64,000 bases of DNA from assembly GCA_964016885.1 (NCBI GenBank), contig OZ024741.1:60946001-61010000 (forward strand), written 5' to 3'. This stretch comes from Eledone cirrhosa. Its lineage: Eukaryota. The translations under genes were made by a program, and so were the position numbers. Below, one piece after another: positions 26,638 to 42,029 of this stretch (within the stretch, counting starts at the first letter, position 1; every line of letters starts with the position of its first letter). The notes under the pieces were generated by a model. It saw only the letters and a list, made by a program, of their open reading frames with translations. It had not been told where the DNA came from and did not search any database.

Positions 26638-27808
26638 GTCAACAAACATACATATATATATATATATATATACATGCGGACGTATGGGAACAATGAGATG
26701 TAAAGAGATATGTACAAATATTGCATGAAGAAGTAATTATTAAAGAACAATTTGGCTGCTTACCAAATTTGGGCACTGAATACCCAGAGAACGACGAAGA
26801 CCTTCAGGAGGGTTTTGAAACGAATAATTAAAAGTCTTGAAAGTTAGATACTTCTGAGATAAAATATATCTCCTCTGAAAAGACAGAAGCAATTATTGAG
26901 CAAATGTATTATCGAATTTTCCAAAGAATTCGACATCAAAGAATTCTAGGAAACAGTAAGCCGTATAACTCTGCACCAGCTTGGGATTTGTTTCTTGAAG
27001 ACTTTCTCATATATTGATTGCAACTGTAGAGGTGGTATCTAGTTTTACCTAATAGCGTTGAATAATGTTTTCCCAAATTACCACCGCGTTGATGCTTAAC
27101 TAATCGTCGATTCGACGGAAGTATATCACTATTTGACCACGAGAGCGTGTAGCTTAGTGGTTTGGGTATTCGGCTAATGATCATAAGATCGTGTGTTTAA
27201 TTCCCAGAAGTACGTTATGTCCTTGAGAAAAACCTTGTATTCCACGTTGTTTGTTGTGTTGTATGTGATATTGTGCTGTAGTTGGGGATAGTTAATCTAT
27301 ATCAACGTAGCTATTGTAGTATCTGAGCCCATGACAGCAGAGTAGCAAAACCTAAGTTAACTATTATGCTAGTATTTACATATTTAATTTAGAGATAATC
27401 AAGAATATAGTGGTGATGCATGACTTACTTATTAGGATGTTTGGCTAACGATTGTAAAGTCCCGAGTTCATTCGCTGGAAGTGCGTTGTGTCCTTGTGCA
27501 AGACACTTTATTTCATGCTGCTCTAATTCGTTCAGCTGGATAGGTCTTATCCATAAAAATTCCATTCTGATTGTAATATCAATAGTCTTTCTTTAACCCA
27601 TAACTCTTGATAGAACCATAGGGATGCTATAGTGATATACGGCATTCTTGGGCATCTTATTTTAAGCTGGTGGAGCCCATCATCTCTCCAGAACTTTCTT
27701 CCGAGTTAAGGAAAGAGATGATGAAAAAGAATTAAGAAATGAGATACAGAGAAAAAGTCGACCCCAGTACTTAAGTATCTATCAATCTATCTATCTATAT
27801 ATCTAGCT

Positions 27809-30800
27809 ATGGGCAAAGGAACTTTTACAAATATTGATATTTCCAATGCGAAGGAAATGATCAACGAAGGAAAAAAATATATTACCTTCGAGGAAAAAGG
27901 GGGATTTAAAGTAACCTCTCCGCCACAAATCAAAGCCGACACTATGCGAAGGACTGTGATTTTTCGCACGATTTTGAACAAACAAAAAAAAACCGGCTTT
28001 CCTTACTCAAGGCGAAATTGAAATCGTCTTGAAAGAGGCAATGCTGGAAATACAATACATACACAGGGTTAAACTGTATGGAAGCATTTCGGTGCTCTTC
28101 AAAAGTGAGGCCCTTACGAAAAAACACTGTGACCCAGGTCACCTCTGCCACAGACACCTTTTTCCCTATATACATGGGAAAAAGAACACAAAGAATAAAC
28201 ATCACCAATATACCACCCAACATTAACATCTGGTGGATTCTGGCAGGGTTCTTGGAGGAAGATGAAGACACAATACTGTCGATTCAAACATCCACAAGAA
28301 ACACCTGGAACGGCACAAGCTTGGAAATTTTGGTCCAAATGAAACTGGACAGAATTTCCAAGATACCAGAAAGGGTGCCAGTAGACAATACCAATTACAT
28401 ACACATTTCGGCAGATCTAAGGAAGCCACATTGTTTTAAATGCGCGAGCACATCGCATTAAAAGGCCTCCTGTCCCCTCTTACGAATCCCCCCCCCCCCA
28501 AAAAAAAAAATACTTTTATCAAAACCAATTCCAAACCCACAACAACAACAACACACAAAACAAGCAAACACACAAAAACAAACAACTGTTCAACCACAAA
28601 CAACAGAAAAAACACAAACAATTCCCCTGAAAAACACAGTCCCACCCCATCCCACTCCATCCAACACTACCACAATCACACACACAAACACACCATCACC
28701 ACACAACATACCCCTCCCACACGCCCCTGATGATGATTCATCACCAGACGAGGCTACTTCTCCATCCCCAAGTGAAGATGAAAGAGAGCCTCGTAAATCA
28801 AAAAAACAAAAAAAAGACACCACAAAGCCACAAAAACAACAATCACCAACACAAACACACAACCACCAACACAAATAACAACACAAACACCACCACAATC
28901 ACCCCCCCCCCCCCTACCAGCAAAACAAACACCAACACCACCCCAAACACAAATGCCCGCCATAAAAAGAAAACTACAAAATGAACAACAAACCAAAACA
29001 ACACATCAAAACAACAATACACATACATTAACACAAACAACAAAAACCTAATGGAGGTCATCTCCCAAGACCCCAAAGTAGAAACTGAGGGGAAAACTTT
29101 TATAAAAGCAAACTCTCAACCACACTTTGGCGCAAAGGAGAAGATGTTAAGTTGTCCACAAATGCACATGGTTGCCTATTCAGATCACAAACTAGTCGTC
29201 TACATAGTTAACCGTGATAGAATACATAGACAAGGACCCGGATACTGGAAGCTGAACGTGTCGTTGCCGGCACGAAAAGCCTACAGTAAACGGATAAGTA
29301 GATTAGTTAAGCAAGAGTTGACGGGAGCCATCGTCAACAATAGATGGTGGTACTCTCTCAAGAGAGCAATTAGAGAAGAATCGATACGATTTAGCAGAGA
29401 ATTAGCTTTAGAGAAAATCAAATCAGAAACAGAACTAGTAGCCAAAGTAGAAGAGGCGCTTAGGAGTGGCAACGCAGTTAGAGTGCTAGCATCGAGAACG
29501 GCACTGGACTAGTTCTTCGACGCGAAACACGAAGGCTGCGTGGTCAGAAGTAAATCACGTGCTCTAGGAAACGAGGGAGCAAAAGCTGTTAGCTGGGCCG
29601 GAGTGGCGGAAGCGAAAAGTGGCAACAAGTCCACGATTCGGTCTTTGAAAGACCAAAACGGACGCGTGCTACTTGACCCCAGGCAGATGTGCGAGGCCTT
29701 TCAGCGGCACTTTGCGCGACTGTTTGAGTAGAATGACGGTGCACCGAGCGGGGCTATGGACTTTATTTCATACCTTGGCGGCCTGCCGCGTCTCTCGAGC
29801 ATGGACGCTGAGTTCTGCGAAAGACCGATCACAGCCACTGAGATGCGTGACGCTCTGGGCCACTGCGGGAAACGCAAATAACCCGGTCTAGATGGTCTAC
29901 CCTATGAGTTTTACATAGGCATGCCGGACTTGTCCCCTGGCGTCCTCAAAACCGTCTACTACAATTGGCAGCAGAACGGAAGAATTCCCAGTTCTGCAGG
30001 CAAGGACGTAGTAACGCTGATCAAGAAAGACGAGAACAAGGGGGAAGAAATAAACAATTTCCGGCCCATAACTCTGCTCAACACAGAGTTAAAGATTTTG
30101 GCCAAGGTGCTAGCAACGAGGCTGGCGCTTGTCGTCGAAAACCTGGTAGGGAAAGCGCAAACGTGTGCAATCCCGACCAGGCCCATACACGACAACCTCC
30201 ACCTCATGCGATACATCATAGAGAGGGTGGGGTGTAAACCCGGCTTCGGTGGAGATCTGATCAATTTAGATCAGTCTAAGGCACCCGATAGGGTCGACCA
30301 TCGATACTTGGAAGCGGTTCTCAAGGCGGCTGGTTTCGGTCCCGTTTTCAGAGGCAGGATCAAGGCGATGCACACCAGTATCTGCTCGAAGATCACGGTG
30401 AATGACTACCTATCGGAGCCGTTTGCAATCACGCGTTCCATTCGATAGGGATGCCCTCTCTCCTCCATTCTGTACGTATTGACTCTAGAGCCACTACTGC
30501 GGAAGTTGGAGCTTTTGCAGGGCATCCCTTTAGAACCGGGACTGCGAAAAGCGGCGTCGGCTTATGCCGACGACGTGTATGTATTGGTGTCGAAAACCTC
30601 GGAAATCGAGGTAAATGGCAACCTGCTACAGGAATACGAAAGGTTCACAGGAGCAAAACTGAACCCGGACAAGTCTGTCGGTTTGCAACTCGGAACGTGG
30701 AGAGGCAAACCAATGCCGTCCGACAGCGTCGTCGGACACTGGACGGAAGGACGGGTGAAATTGCTCGGGGTCTGGTTCGGTCCAAACCTCCAGGTGGAGA

Positions 30801-31300
30801 AAAACTGGAACGAGGTCATGGCCAAGGTATTTGCGCTCACCCAGAAGTGGGCAGAGTGCAAACTGTCTTTGAAAGGTCGAGCGGGGGTGGCGAACACTTT
30901 CATAGCGTCCGTCATCTACTACCGCTTTGTCCCCGTGAATACCTTACCAAGATGGAACGCATGCTCTTCCAGTTCCTGTGGAAGAAGCAGGCTCCACTGG
31001 TGAGGAAAACCGTCTGCTGTCAACACCCTTCCAATTGAGGGCTGGGCATGCCATGGCTAATGATGCGCAAACATGCGCTGAAGATACAGCATCTTCAGGT
31101 ATTCCTCACCGACCAACCAGTGTGGGCACCGTTTGTGAGACAGGCTTTCCCACAACTTGTCTCTCTGACGGAGCTGCAGTCCTGGGTCAAGCGAAGACCG
31201 AAGAAGATGGGCGCCTGGCACATTGAATGCGCCCAGGCGTTCACAGTCCTCTGTCAAGCGAGCACAGCAATCAGTGGAGACTCCACTTCGACATTCTGTT
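27809..31300 (+). mobile_element. L1/Tx1-like LINE copy 1: broken ORF1 (CCHC-like knuckle at ~28430), low-complexity tract, internally deleted and frameshifted ORF2
   Basis: HCFKCASTSH; SDHKLV, GPGYWKLN, NFRPITLLNTELKILAK, LDQSKAPDRVDH, AYADDV; follows (TCTA)n. Confidence 0.85.
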
Positions 31301-34300
31301 AACTTTTCAGCACCAACATGGCCAATATAAGAGTTAGGTGTGTGAATGTACGCGGTCTGGGGACGCCCTGGAAACAGGGCAAACTCTTAAACGACCTCAG
31401 GTCGCACAGTATGGATGTAGTAGCAATTTGCGAGTCCAGGATCCACAGCGAGCGACAACTGGCCCCCATCTTCGACGACTTTGAGATCTACGCATCTCTC
31501 TGTCAGCCGGAAGGTGGGAGTGGGGTTGCCGTTTTGCTGCGGAAACACCTGGACCTCGTAACACAGACGGCACATCTGGACCCGGAGAGTCGACTGGTGG
31601 TCCTAGACGTTGACCGTAGTGAAGGTGGTGCCTTCAGGCTGGTGGCCGCATATGCCTCATCCGAGACACCGCGGCCAGACTTTTTCAAACGTCTAGAGAC
31701 TTTTCTGGGAACGTCCCGCTCCCTGCTGTTAGTGGGGGACTGGAATGGAATCTTAGATGCACGTTGGGACTATGTGGGAGCATGTCCCGATAAAGGGGGG
31801 TGTAACAGCCTCAAACAGTTAATCGGCCGATTTAACCTGGCCGATAGATATCGACTAGATTTTCCGACTGTGCCACTGTGCAGCGGAACATCTAGATCGT
31901 GCCTAGATAGGGTTCTAGTTAGAAAGAAGGATATGGACATGTTAAGCTGTCCACAAATGTTCATGGTTGCCTATTCAGATCACAAATTAGTGACCTGCTT
32001 AATCAACCTTGACAAAACCCATAGACAGGGACCCAGCTACTGGAAGCTGAACTTGTCGTTACCGACATGCAAAGCCTACAGTAGACGGATTAGCACTTTA
32101 GTTAAGCAGCACTTGACGGGGGCCATTGTCAACAACAGATGGCGGTACTCTCTCAAGAGGGCAGTTAGATTAGACTCGATAGGTTTTAGTAAAGAATTAG
32201 TGTTAGATAGAAATAAGACCGAAAAGGAACTGGTAGATAAAGTAGAAGAGGCACTTAGGAGTGGCAACGTAGCCAGCGTGCTAGCGACGAAGGTTGCGTT
32301 GTCAGAAGCAAAATACGTGCTCTGGGAAACGAGGGAGCCAAAGCTGTTAGCTGGGCCTGAGTGACGGAGGCGAAAAGTGGCAACAAGTCCACGATTCGGT
32401 CTTTGAAGGACCAAGACGGACGCGTGATACGTGAGCCGAAGAAAATGTGCGCGGCCTTTCAGCAGCACTTTGCTCAAATGTTCGGGCAGTGCGGCGCGCC
32501 GGAGGGGCTATGGATTTCGGTCCATAACTCGACGGCCTACCGCGACTCTCGGACAGCGAGGTGAAGTTCTGCGAAAGGCCGATTTCGGCCGCTGAGATAG
32601 GGGACGCACTGAGCCAATGCGGCAAACGCAAATCTCCAGGTCTCGACGGTCTACCCTACGAATTTTACGTAGCAATGCCGGACTTGTTCTCCGGTCTCCT
32701 GGAAGCGGTCTACTGCAACTGGCAGCAGAATGGGAGAATTCCCAGTTCTGTGACCAAGGGCGTAATCACATTAGTCAGGAAGGACGAGAACAAGGGTGAT
32801 GACATAGGCAACTTCCGGCCCATAACCCTGCTCTACACAGAGTTACAGATTTTGGCCAGGGTGTTGGCAAAGAGGCTGGGTCTTGTCGTCGAAAACCTGG
32901 TGGGAGAAGCGCAGACATGCGCAATCCCGACCAGGTCCATACACGACAACCTCCACCTCATGCGATACATCATAGAGAGGGTGGGGTGTAAACCAGGCTT
33001 CGGTGGGGCCCTGATCAACTTGGATCAGTCTAAGGCTTTCGATAGGGTTGACCATCGCTACCTGGATGCGGTGCTCGAGGCGGCAGGCTTCGGTCCCGTG
33101 TTCAGGGGCTGGATTGCTGCAATGCACAACAGCAACAACTGCTCAAGGGTCAAGGTGAACGGCTACCTCTCGGAGCCGTTCCATATCACGCGATCCATTC
33201 GACAGGGATGCCCTCACTCCTCCCTTCTGTTCGTACTAACTCTCGAGCCACTACTGCGGAAGTTGGAGCTATTGCAGGGCATCCCTTTGGAACCGGCACT
33301 GCGAAAAGCGGCGTCGGCCTACGCCAACGACGTGACAGTAAATGTGTCGAGCACCTCGCAAATCGGGGAGATCGGCACCTTACTGGATGAATACGAAAGG
33401 TTCACAGGAGCGAAGCTGAACCGGGACAAATCCGTCGGTTTGCAACTCGGAACATGGAGAGGCAAACCGATGCCTTCCGATGGCGTCGTCGGATGCTGGA
33501 CGGAAGGACTGGTAAAGCTGCTCGGAGTCTGGTTTGGTCCTGACCTCCAGGTGGAGAAGAACTGGAACGAGGTGACGGCCAAGGTGTTTGCGCTCACCCA
33601 GAAGTGGGCCGAGTGCAAACTATCCTCGAAAGGTCGAGCGGAGGTGGCGAACACTTTTATAGCGTCCGTCATCTACTACCGCTTGACCGTTGTGCCTTGT
33701 CCAGCCAAAACGCTCACCAAAATGGAGCGCGCGCTCTTCCAATTCCTTTGGAAGAAACAGGCTCCTTTGGTGAGAAGATCCATCCGCTGCCAACACCCTT
33801 CAAACGGAGGGCTGGGGATTCCGTGGCTGACGATGTGCAAACACGCGCTCAGGCTTCGGCACCTCCACGTATTCCTCACCAGACAACCGGTGTGAACCCC
33901 GTTCGTGAGGCGAGCATTCCCACGACTCGTCTCACTGACCGAGCTGCAGACCTGGGTCAAGCAAAGACCGAGGAAAATGGGCGACTGGCACATCGAATGT
34001 GCTCAGTCGCTCACAGTCCTCTGGCAAACGGACTCGGCGATCAGTGGAGACTCCACTTCGACATCCTATAGAGGGTTGGTCCGCAGCAAGTGCGACGACA
34101 CGCTCGGAGAAACTCTAGGCGTAGAGGAGGACGAACTGGACAGTCTGTTCGGTAGGACCTTCCGCCCGGGACCAATGGACAACTTCCAAATGTCCCTGGG
34201 CTGGCAGTGCTACCGAGGAGCTCTACCAATTCGAGACAAGCTCTACAGACACGGGCGCCCGGGTAGAGACCCTTCGAAAAAGATCTGTCCGAGATCCGTG

Positions 34301-34933
34301 CGCGACGAGGAAACCGTCGCACACGCATTTGTACACTGCCCGGGCGTTACCGACCTGTGGGGCTATGTAGAACGACTGTTGTCGCGGGTGGGACCAATGC
34401 AGCTGACCACCGAGTCCATTGTCATGATCAAACAGCCATCCTCCTTCAAAAACGAGGGAGAGACGGTTTTCCTATGTGTTATGGCTATGGTTAAAGAGGT
34501 TATATGGTGGACGAGGTTAAACGGGCTGAGGTCAGATACCTTTCTCACCGGCGAGCAACTGATTCATTTTTTCAAATATCATTTTGGAAGAAGAGTCAGG
34601 ATGGAGAGAGAGGTACTGTACCCCAGCAAATTTTATAAAAGGTGGGTGAATGTGGCAAAGATGGCCCGAGTGGTTGGGCCTTCTCTCTATATAAGCCTGT
34701 AGGTTGAGGAAAAAGAGGAAGAGAGGAAGGGAGTACTCACTCTTGGTGCTCCTGGAGATGAGGGTTGTACATTTTTTCGGGGTGTGTACAACCCCTGTGT
34801 AACACCTCCCCCCTATTGGGGATTTCAATTGTTATTTGTTGTTTTATTAATAGTTTTATTTTCATATAACTGTATGTAAACTCCCCATTTGTATTTGTCC
34901 CCTTCTTTTGTGCCCTTGTGGCTAATAAAGAAA
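31300..34933 (+). mobile_element. L1/Tx1-like LINE copy 2: near-complete ORF2 (APE-RT-Cys domain) with a few lesions, 3' UTR and AATAAA
   Basis: ORFs 31318-32364 (NVRGL, VGDWN, SDH), 32561-33895 (RT; RQGCP; YAND for YADD), 33905-34702 (CPR...ETVAHAFVHC); AATAAA at 34924 followed by (TCTA)n. Confidence 0.92.
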
Positions 34934-35124
34934 TGTATCTATAGCTATCTACTTATCTATCTATCTATTGTTTGTTGGTATGTAACTTTAAGTTACTATT
35001 CGTTAACGAATTTTGTCACTCAATACCTGAGTGGGTCCGGTTGCTGATAAGATTATTGTACAGTTGGTATTACAACATAGTCGGTATCCTTAAGAAGCAG
35101 TGTAAATAATAATAATAATAATAT

Positions 35125-35195
35125 GAAGAAGAAGAAGAAGAAGAAGAAGAAGAAGAAGAAGAAGAAGAAGAAGAAGAAGAAGAAGAAGAAGAAGA
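35125..35195 (+). repeat. (GAA)n microsatellite
   Basis: Pure GAA run. Confidence 0.95.
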
Positions 35196-35894
35196 AATCG
35201 CCAAGAGAGGAATGGGTTCCGCCAAGCTTAAAAGGATCAAGTCTGGTCATGTGTCAAAACTGTGCTCCCATGTCTCTTTCGGGAGTCAAAGCCCTTTAGA
35301 GTATATTATAATGTTGAAATGCATCTTGTAGCTGAGCCTTACACCGTGGTAGCATATAGAATATGGTATTGAAATGATAAATATATTTATGACAGACCTG
35401 TAATTAAGAGAAAGATGGTTTGGATAATATCCAATTGTATTGGCTGTGTCTGTAACCTTAGGCAAGTAACTCAATAATGTTTTATATTTTACTCTTCAAT
35501 AGAAGGGAAGAAGACGCACGTGGTGGATAGAGTGTTATGGAATCGCTCCCGTAAGTTTTTTGATTTTTAACATATTTAAAATAATTATGATATAACAATT
35601 CTTAGTACAAATGGGACATAAGGCACCAGTCTCCCTATCGGGAATTGAAGACCCATAATATCCTGGCATTTGGCTCTAATATTCAATTTTGTACTATAAA
35701 TTGTATATACAAAAAAGAAAATGGTTATAAATGGAAGAAAACCTTCTCTGTCTACACTAAATAGAACAGCCAAATAACAGCAATTTCACCACCACCACAA
35801 CCTAGATACACCACCTATCCCACCACCCTCTGTGTACACTAAATACAACAGCCAGATAACGGCAATTTCACCATAACCACCACCAATCCCAGCA

Positions 35895-36088
35895 TAATAA
35901 TAATTGTTTCTACTTTTGGCACAGGACCAGCAATTATCCCAGTGCATTACTGGTACTTTATTTTATCGACCCCGTAAGGATGAAAGGCAAAGTTAACCAC
36001 GGCGGGATTTGAACTTAGATCATAAAGGGCCGTAACTCTGCTGCAAAGCATGGCGTCCGACCCTCTACCGATACTGCCAATCCACCGC
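35895..36088 (-). mobile_element. tRNA-headed SINE, full length
   Basis: Reverse complement of the 23165-23360 family; short cataata flanking repeat. Confidence 0.85.
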
Positions 36089-36558
36089 AACATAATATCA
36101 TTATATTTATTTATGTGTGACGTGCGTTTCGCGATCGATCAGCTCAAGGTTTGATCAGTATCTTCTGTCATTAAGGAAACCAGGAGTCTGATTAGTTATC
36201 AATTCCTGAGTCGGGCAGGATCGCGATGATGCTATTTTGATACTACTTCTTATTACTATTGTAGAGCCCTATTCCCCCTTCCCCTTCTCCTTCACCTCTG
36301 CTCACTACTTCCGCCAGCATGATTTAGCACGTTTAGCGATTCCGGACCAGTTCCTTCTTATAGAAATCCGAAGAAGAGATTGTTTCTCAAAATATCAGGA
36401 GAGATAAATAAATAAGGTTTCATCTTATTTTCTTGTGCGTCCATGTCATATTGTCATAACCTTCAAACTTCATATCATTTTCTATGCCATATACCAAATT
36501 AGAACTTTCTCTTGTATATACACACACACACATACACACAAACATACGCACACACTAT

Positions 36559-36616
<58 letters not shown>

Positions 36617-37027
36617 AAATTAAATTAAGGGTGTCATGTCCGAGAGGCATGCGCCATATCCACATATCAATCGGTAAGTCACAGTAGTCAAAATTCGGAT
36701 TTTCAACAAGGGGGAAGATTTAACTATCTGTGTTTACACAGCAAATGCAAATCTGTGAATGACTCGTAGCACATGTTGCATTTTTTTTAAAATACACACA
36801 TCGTACCAGCGTCATCCCAGTGGCGTGAATAGGATTATCGACAGCTAGAATTAGCAGCCGAGTCCTTTCAACTGAGTTAGCTCTACAATTAAGGGGCCGT
36901 ACATATATCCAAAATCAAATTAAGGGTGTCATGTCATATGAGACATGCGCCATATCCACTGTAGAATATGCTCAAAGATTCCAATGAATAGATCCGAGCA
37001 TTTTATATCAACCAGGAATTGATTGAC

Positions 37028-37648
<621 letters not shown>

Positions 37649-38490
37649 AGCATATGAAACAATCACAGGGAATAATTTGTAAAGTGTGTAAGCACACACA
37701 CAGCTAGGTAGGTAACTAATTAAAGTTTAACTAGAACTTCAAATATAGATATCTTTTAAAATGATTAATCTTCCTTGTATATATTTCTTTAAAGAAATAT
37801 ATTTCACCATCAATCGGTAAATCACAGTAGTCAAATCCCGGATTTTCAACCAGGTATCTATATTTGAAGTTCTAGTTAAACTTTAATTAGTTACCTACCT
37901 AGATTTGTGTGCTTACACACTTTACAAATTATTCCCTCTGATTGTTTCATATGCTTATTTTAGATATATATATATGTCATCAATTTGTAGTTGATATATA
38001 TATATATATATATATAGGAAAAAAGAAAAGAGTCAAGACCACGACGGCTGAGCTCCGGCCGTTTCGATAGCTAGCTCTGAACTCTAGACCCGGATCAAGC
38101 TGTCGAAACGGCCGGATCTCAGCCGTCGGGGTCCTGACTATTTTCCTATTACCCACTCTACTACCCTAAGTATCGAGTACTCTAGTGCGTTATGGTCCAC
38201 CTGGTTATATATATATTTGAATCGTAAATATGTTTCTTTGTTGTAAGCATGTGGTTATTTCAGTATATAGATACTTGTTGATGGGGTAGTTAAAAGAACT
38301 TAGAGTCGGCATTTTCAAAATATCGTATATTACAGGACATCATAAATATAAGTCGTACTCACAAATAAGGAAAGAATTGGCATGTCGGATAGAATGCTTT
38401 GAAATATTCGTTCCGGTTTTCCGCACTTTAAATTCTAGTCCTAGAGGTCAACTTTGCCTTTCATTTTTACGCGCTCGCTAAACAAAGTAC

Positions 38491-38573
<83 letters not shown>

Positions 38574-39480
38574 AAATCAAGTGTGTTCTATTTCGGAGAG
38601 GGATAGGCACCACCAAATTTAAATGCACCAAACGTATTTCATGACGATTCAATCGTGGCATATGTGTATACATTTCAAAGGAACGTTAAAATAGATTTCA
38701 ATAATGTGAAAAGATGTAACTATATCGAAGTAGTAAGGCTTCATCTGTTGATACATCCAGTGTATGGACAGCTTTCATTTTACGTAAGTAGGTTTTAGTT
38801 TAACTCTCAGCACTTATGTTATAAGAAAACCTGTTTCTTCTCATCGAATGATCTGATCGCATATTGCTACATATTTGAAATCCGGAATCTTTGAAAGTTC
38901 ATGATTATATAGCTAGTATTTTGTGTCAATAAATATGTTTATCCTTATAACTTCACCTCAGAATGAGAGCAATATTATAACTTTCAAAATTATTGTAATA
39001 TCTTAGAAAATGACTTGGTGTGTGAAGGCATGTGGCTTTGTAGTTTAAATGTCATGAGTTTTATTCCTAGACTTGGCAGCGCCTTGTCATCTTCAGCAAG
39101 ATACTTTAATTTTCATTGCACCAATCCACTCAAACGGAAACGTTGAATAGCAATGACACTGGTGACAAGCTGTATCGACCATTGCCTTTCTTTTGATATT
39201 GGTAGCAGGGCGAATCGAAACGGACATGTACGAGTGAAAGGTGGTCTTCCGCAAAACTACATTGCTTGGAAAAATACTTCCCTGGTGCAAATCCATACTC
39301 AGTCCAAACCGACGAGGACCTGTTTTATCTTGCGGTAATTTGATATATCTCTTTACTTTAAAACATCCAAGTCCCACCGCAATCAATTTTGCCATTCATT
39401 TATTTGGACTCGATAAAATAAGCAACAGTGGATAAAATTAGATCATATTTTAGAAAGCAATGCTAAGACACCACCACAGA

Positions 39481-40052
39481 AGGTTTATAAGTTTGAATTT
39501 TCATAACACGTTCGTAGTTGTCTCTGTGGCTTAGCGGTAGGTACTAGAGACAGTGGAAACCTTGGCCTTGGGTTCAATCCTGGTCAAGAGGTACATGTAA
39601 TCTTTTTCAGTTTTTATTTTACAACCAATAGCAAAAGACTGAAAAGGTTTACCGGCAACCCAACTCCCAACCAGGATCATTGTCTATGATTCCTCCAACT
39701 AGGCCACCGAGACAGCTACAAAAGTACATTGAAAATTGATAATTATAAACCTACTATCAAAATCAAAGTTTTAAAAATGTGGTGTTGTTCATTGCTTTCC
39801 TAAAGCTATTAGTAATATTTAGAGTCGACTTCTGGTCATTATTGAAAGTCTCTGGATTTCGCAAAATATATAATATTTTTTATTGGAGAAGATAAGATGT
39901 TTTTTCCGCAAAGATTTGATTGCACTGTTTTGTTTCCATTTATGTATTTTTCGAAAATGATATTTATTCATTGTAACAGTTAAATGATAGCATTCTATAT
40001 GTAGGTGGGCCCCCTTCATCTGTCAACCAATATTTTTAGACCTAGTCCGCCA

Positions 40053-40055
<3 letters not shown>
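39481..40055. repeat. ~575-bp repeat with imperfect internal inverted repeat and Pol III A/B-box-like head; second copy 40700-41930 interrupted by a Helitron
   Basis: aggtttataag...gtctc(t)gtggc(t)tag pairs with ctaggccaccgagac...ttataaacct; TGGCTTAGCGG and GGTTCAATCC; both copies end in cactg-(TA)n. Confidence 0.7.
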
Positions 40056-40114
<59 letters not shown>

Positions 40115-40342
40115 ATAATAATAAATTTGAAGACTAAAATCCAAAGAGGGCTCGATAAGGATAAATATATGTCAAATATATAAGAACCGTAGAGCAAATA
40201 TTTATTAAAATACCAGATTAAAGTTTAAGCAAAGAATCGCTGCTTTCACCCTTAACGGGATCTTCTGAAACTGCTAGTTTCAGAAGATCCCGTTAAGGGT
40301 GAAAGCAGCGATTCTTTGCTTAAACTTTAATCTGTTATTTTA

Positions 40343-40406
<64 letters not shown>

Positions 40407-41027
40407 ATGCCAATCATTGTAAGTTTGAATCTGACATGCAAAAACATATATATGTGAATAAAGTAAGCCCAAATCATAGTAGATTCAAATATCACAGAGA
40501 TAAAGAGAAAGCGTCACAGGGGGGAAATGAGGTGGAATAGAAATGAAACATGGATTACAGGTTAAAATATAGTCTAAATACTTGGGAAAAAAACGAGGAT
40601 GTACTTTATAGAACATCCAAATGATTTCAAAGTAGACATTAAGTAGGAGCAATAACATTAAGAAAGACATCATAATACATTGTTTTGAACATTTTGAAAG
40701 TAGGTTTATAAGTTTGAATTTTCATAGGATTTTCGTAGTTGTCTCAGTGGCCTAGCGGTAGGTACTAGAGACGGTGGAGTTCCTGATCTTGGGATCAATC
40801 CTGATTAAGAGTTACATGTAATCTTTTTCAACCCATAGAAAAAAACTGAAAAGTTTTACTGGGAACCCTACTCCCAACCAGGATCACCACTGTCTATGAT
40901 TCATCCAACTAGGCCACCGAGAGAGCTACAAAAGTATAATGAAAATTGATAATTATAAACCTACTATCAAAATCAAAGTTAAAAAGATGTGGAATCGCTC
41001 ATTGCTTTCCTAGAGCTATTAGTAATA

Positions 41028-41690
41028 CTAGCAGAAAAACCACCCCTCGAGTGGTTTTCTGCTAGCATGTGTAGTGTGTATATTGATACTATACGCAGGT
41101 TTATATACATGTAGATATGATACATCAAATAAAATCGTAATTGACAATATATAATACATAGAAATTGAACGAAGACTGCGTTATACTGTCTTATTTAATC
41201 AGTAACGTAATCCATGATACATTAAAAAAGACGATATTACATATAAACTGCATTAGGAGAAAATTAGTGACAGAAAATTAGTATGTTTTTTTAAGCGAGG
41301 GCCAACCGGAAGTGTTGACATTTCAGAAATGTTAAAGAAGTGAATCTTTAAACAAATAAAATATATTTAATGAACAGCCACGATATTTAGTAGATAAATT
41401 ATGTAATATTCATTCGTGGATTGGCAGTATCGGTAGAGGGTCGGACGCCATGCTTTCCAGCATAGTTACGTCCCTTTACGATCTGAGTTCAAATCCCGCC
41501 GAGGTTGACTTTGCCTTTCATCCTTACGGGGTCGATAAAATAAAGTACCAGTAATGCACTGGATAATTGCTGGCCTTGTGCCTAAAGTAGAAACAATTAT
41601 TTATTCAAAGTAATCCAACTTATTTTACAAACGGGATAAAAAAAATATACCTTACGCAATCCCGCAGACCTTCCTTTATTATAGTTTAGA
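41028..41690 (-). mobile_element. Non-autonomous Helitron containing a full SINE (41415-41600)
   Basis: Minus strand TC...CTAG with subterminal hairpin; inserted between A and T of gtaata|tttag; empty paralogous site at ~39812-39822; no TSD. Confidence 0.88.
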
Positions 41691-42029
41691 TTTAGGTTCT
41701 ACTTCTGGTCATTATTGAAAGTCTCTGGATTTAGCAAAATGCATACTTTTTATTGGAGAATGTAAGATATTTTCCCGCAAAAATTTGATTGCATTGTTTT
41801 GTTTCCACTTATTTATTTTTAGAAAAAGTTATTTATTCATTATAAAAATTAAATGATAGCATTCTATATCTAGCTGGGCCCAATTTCATCTCCTGGCAAC
41901 CAATAATTTTAGACCCAGTCAGTCACTGTATATATATATATATAATCATGTGCTCGTGCGCCGAGATGCTATAAAATCGCTTATAGAATAGGGTGTAGAC
42001 CATTAACAGATGGAAAAAGAAGTTGCCAA

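Noticed and set aside
39093-39435. Short overlapping ORFs in unique sequence
   Set aside because: No recognisable motif or splice support
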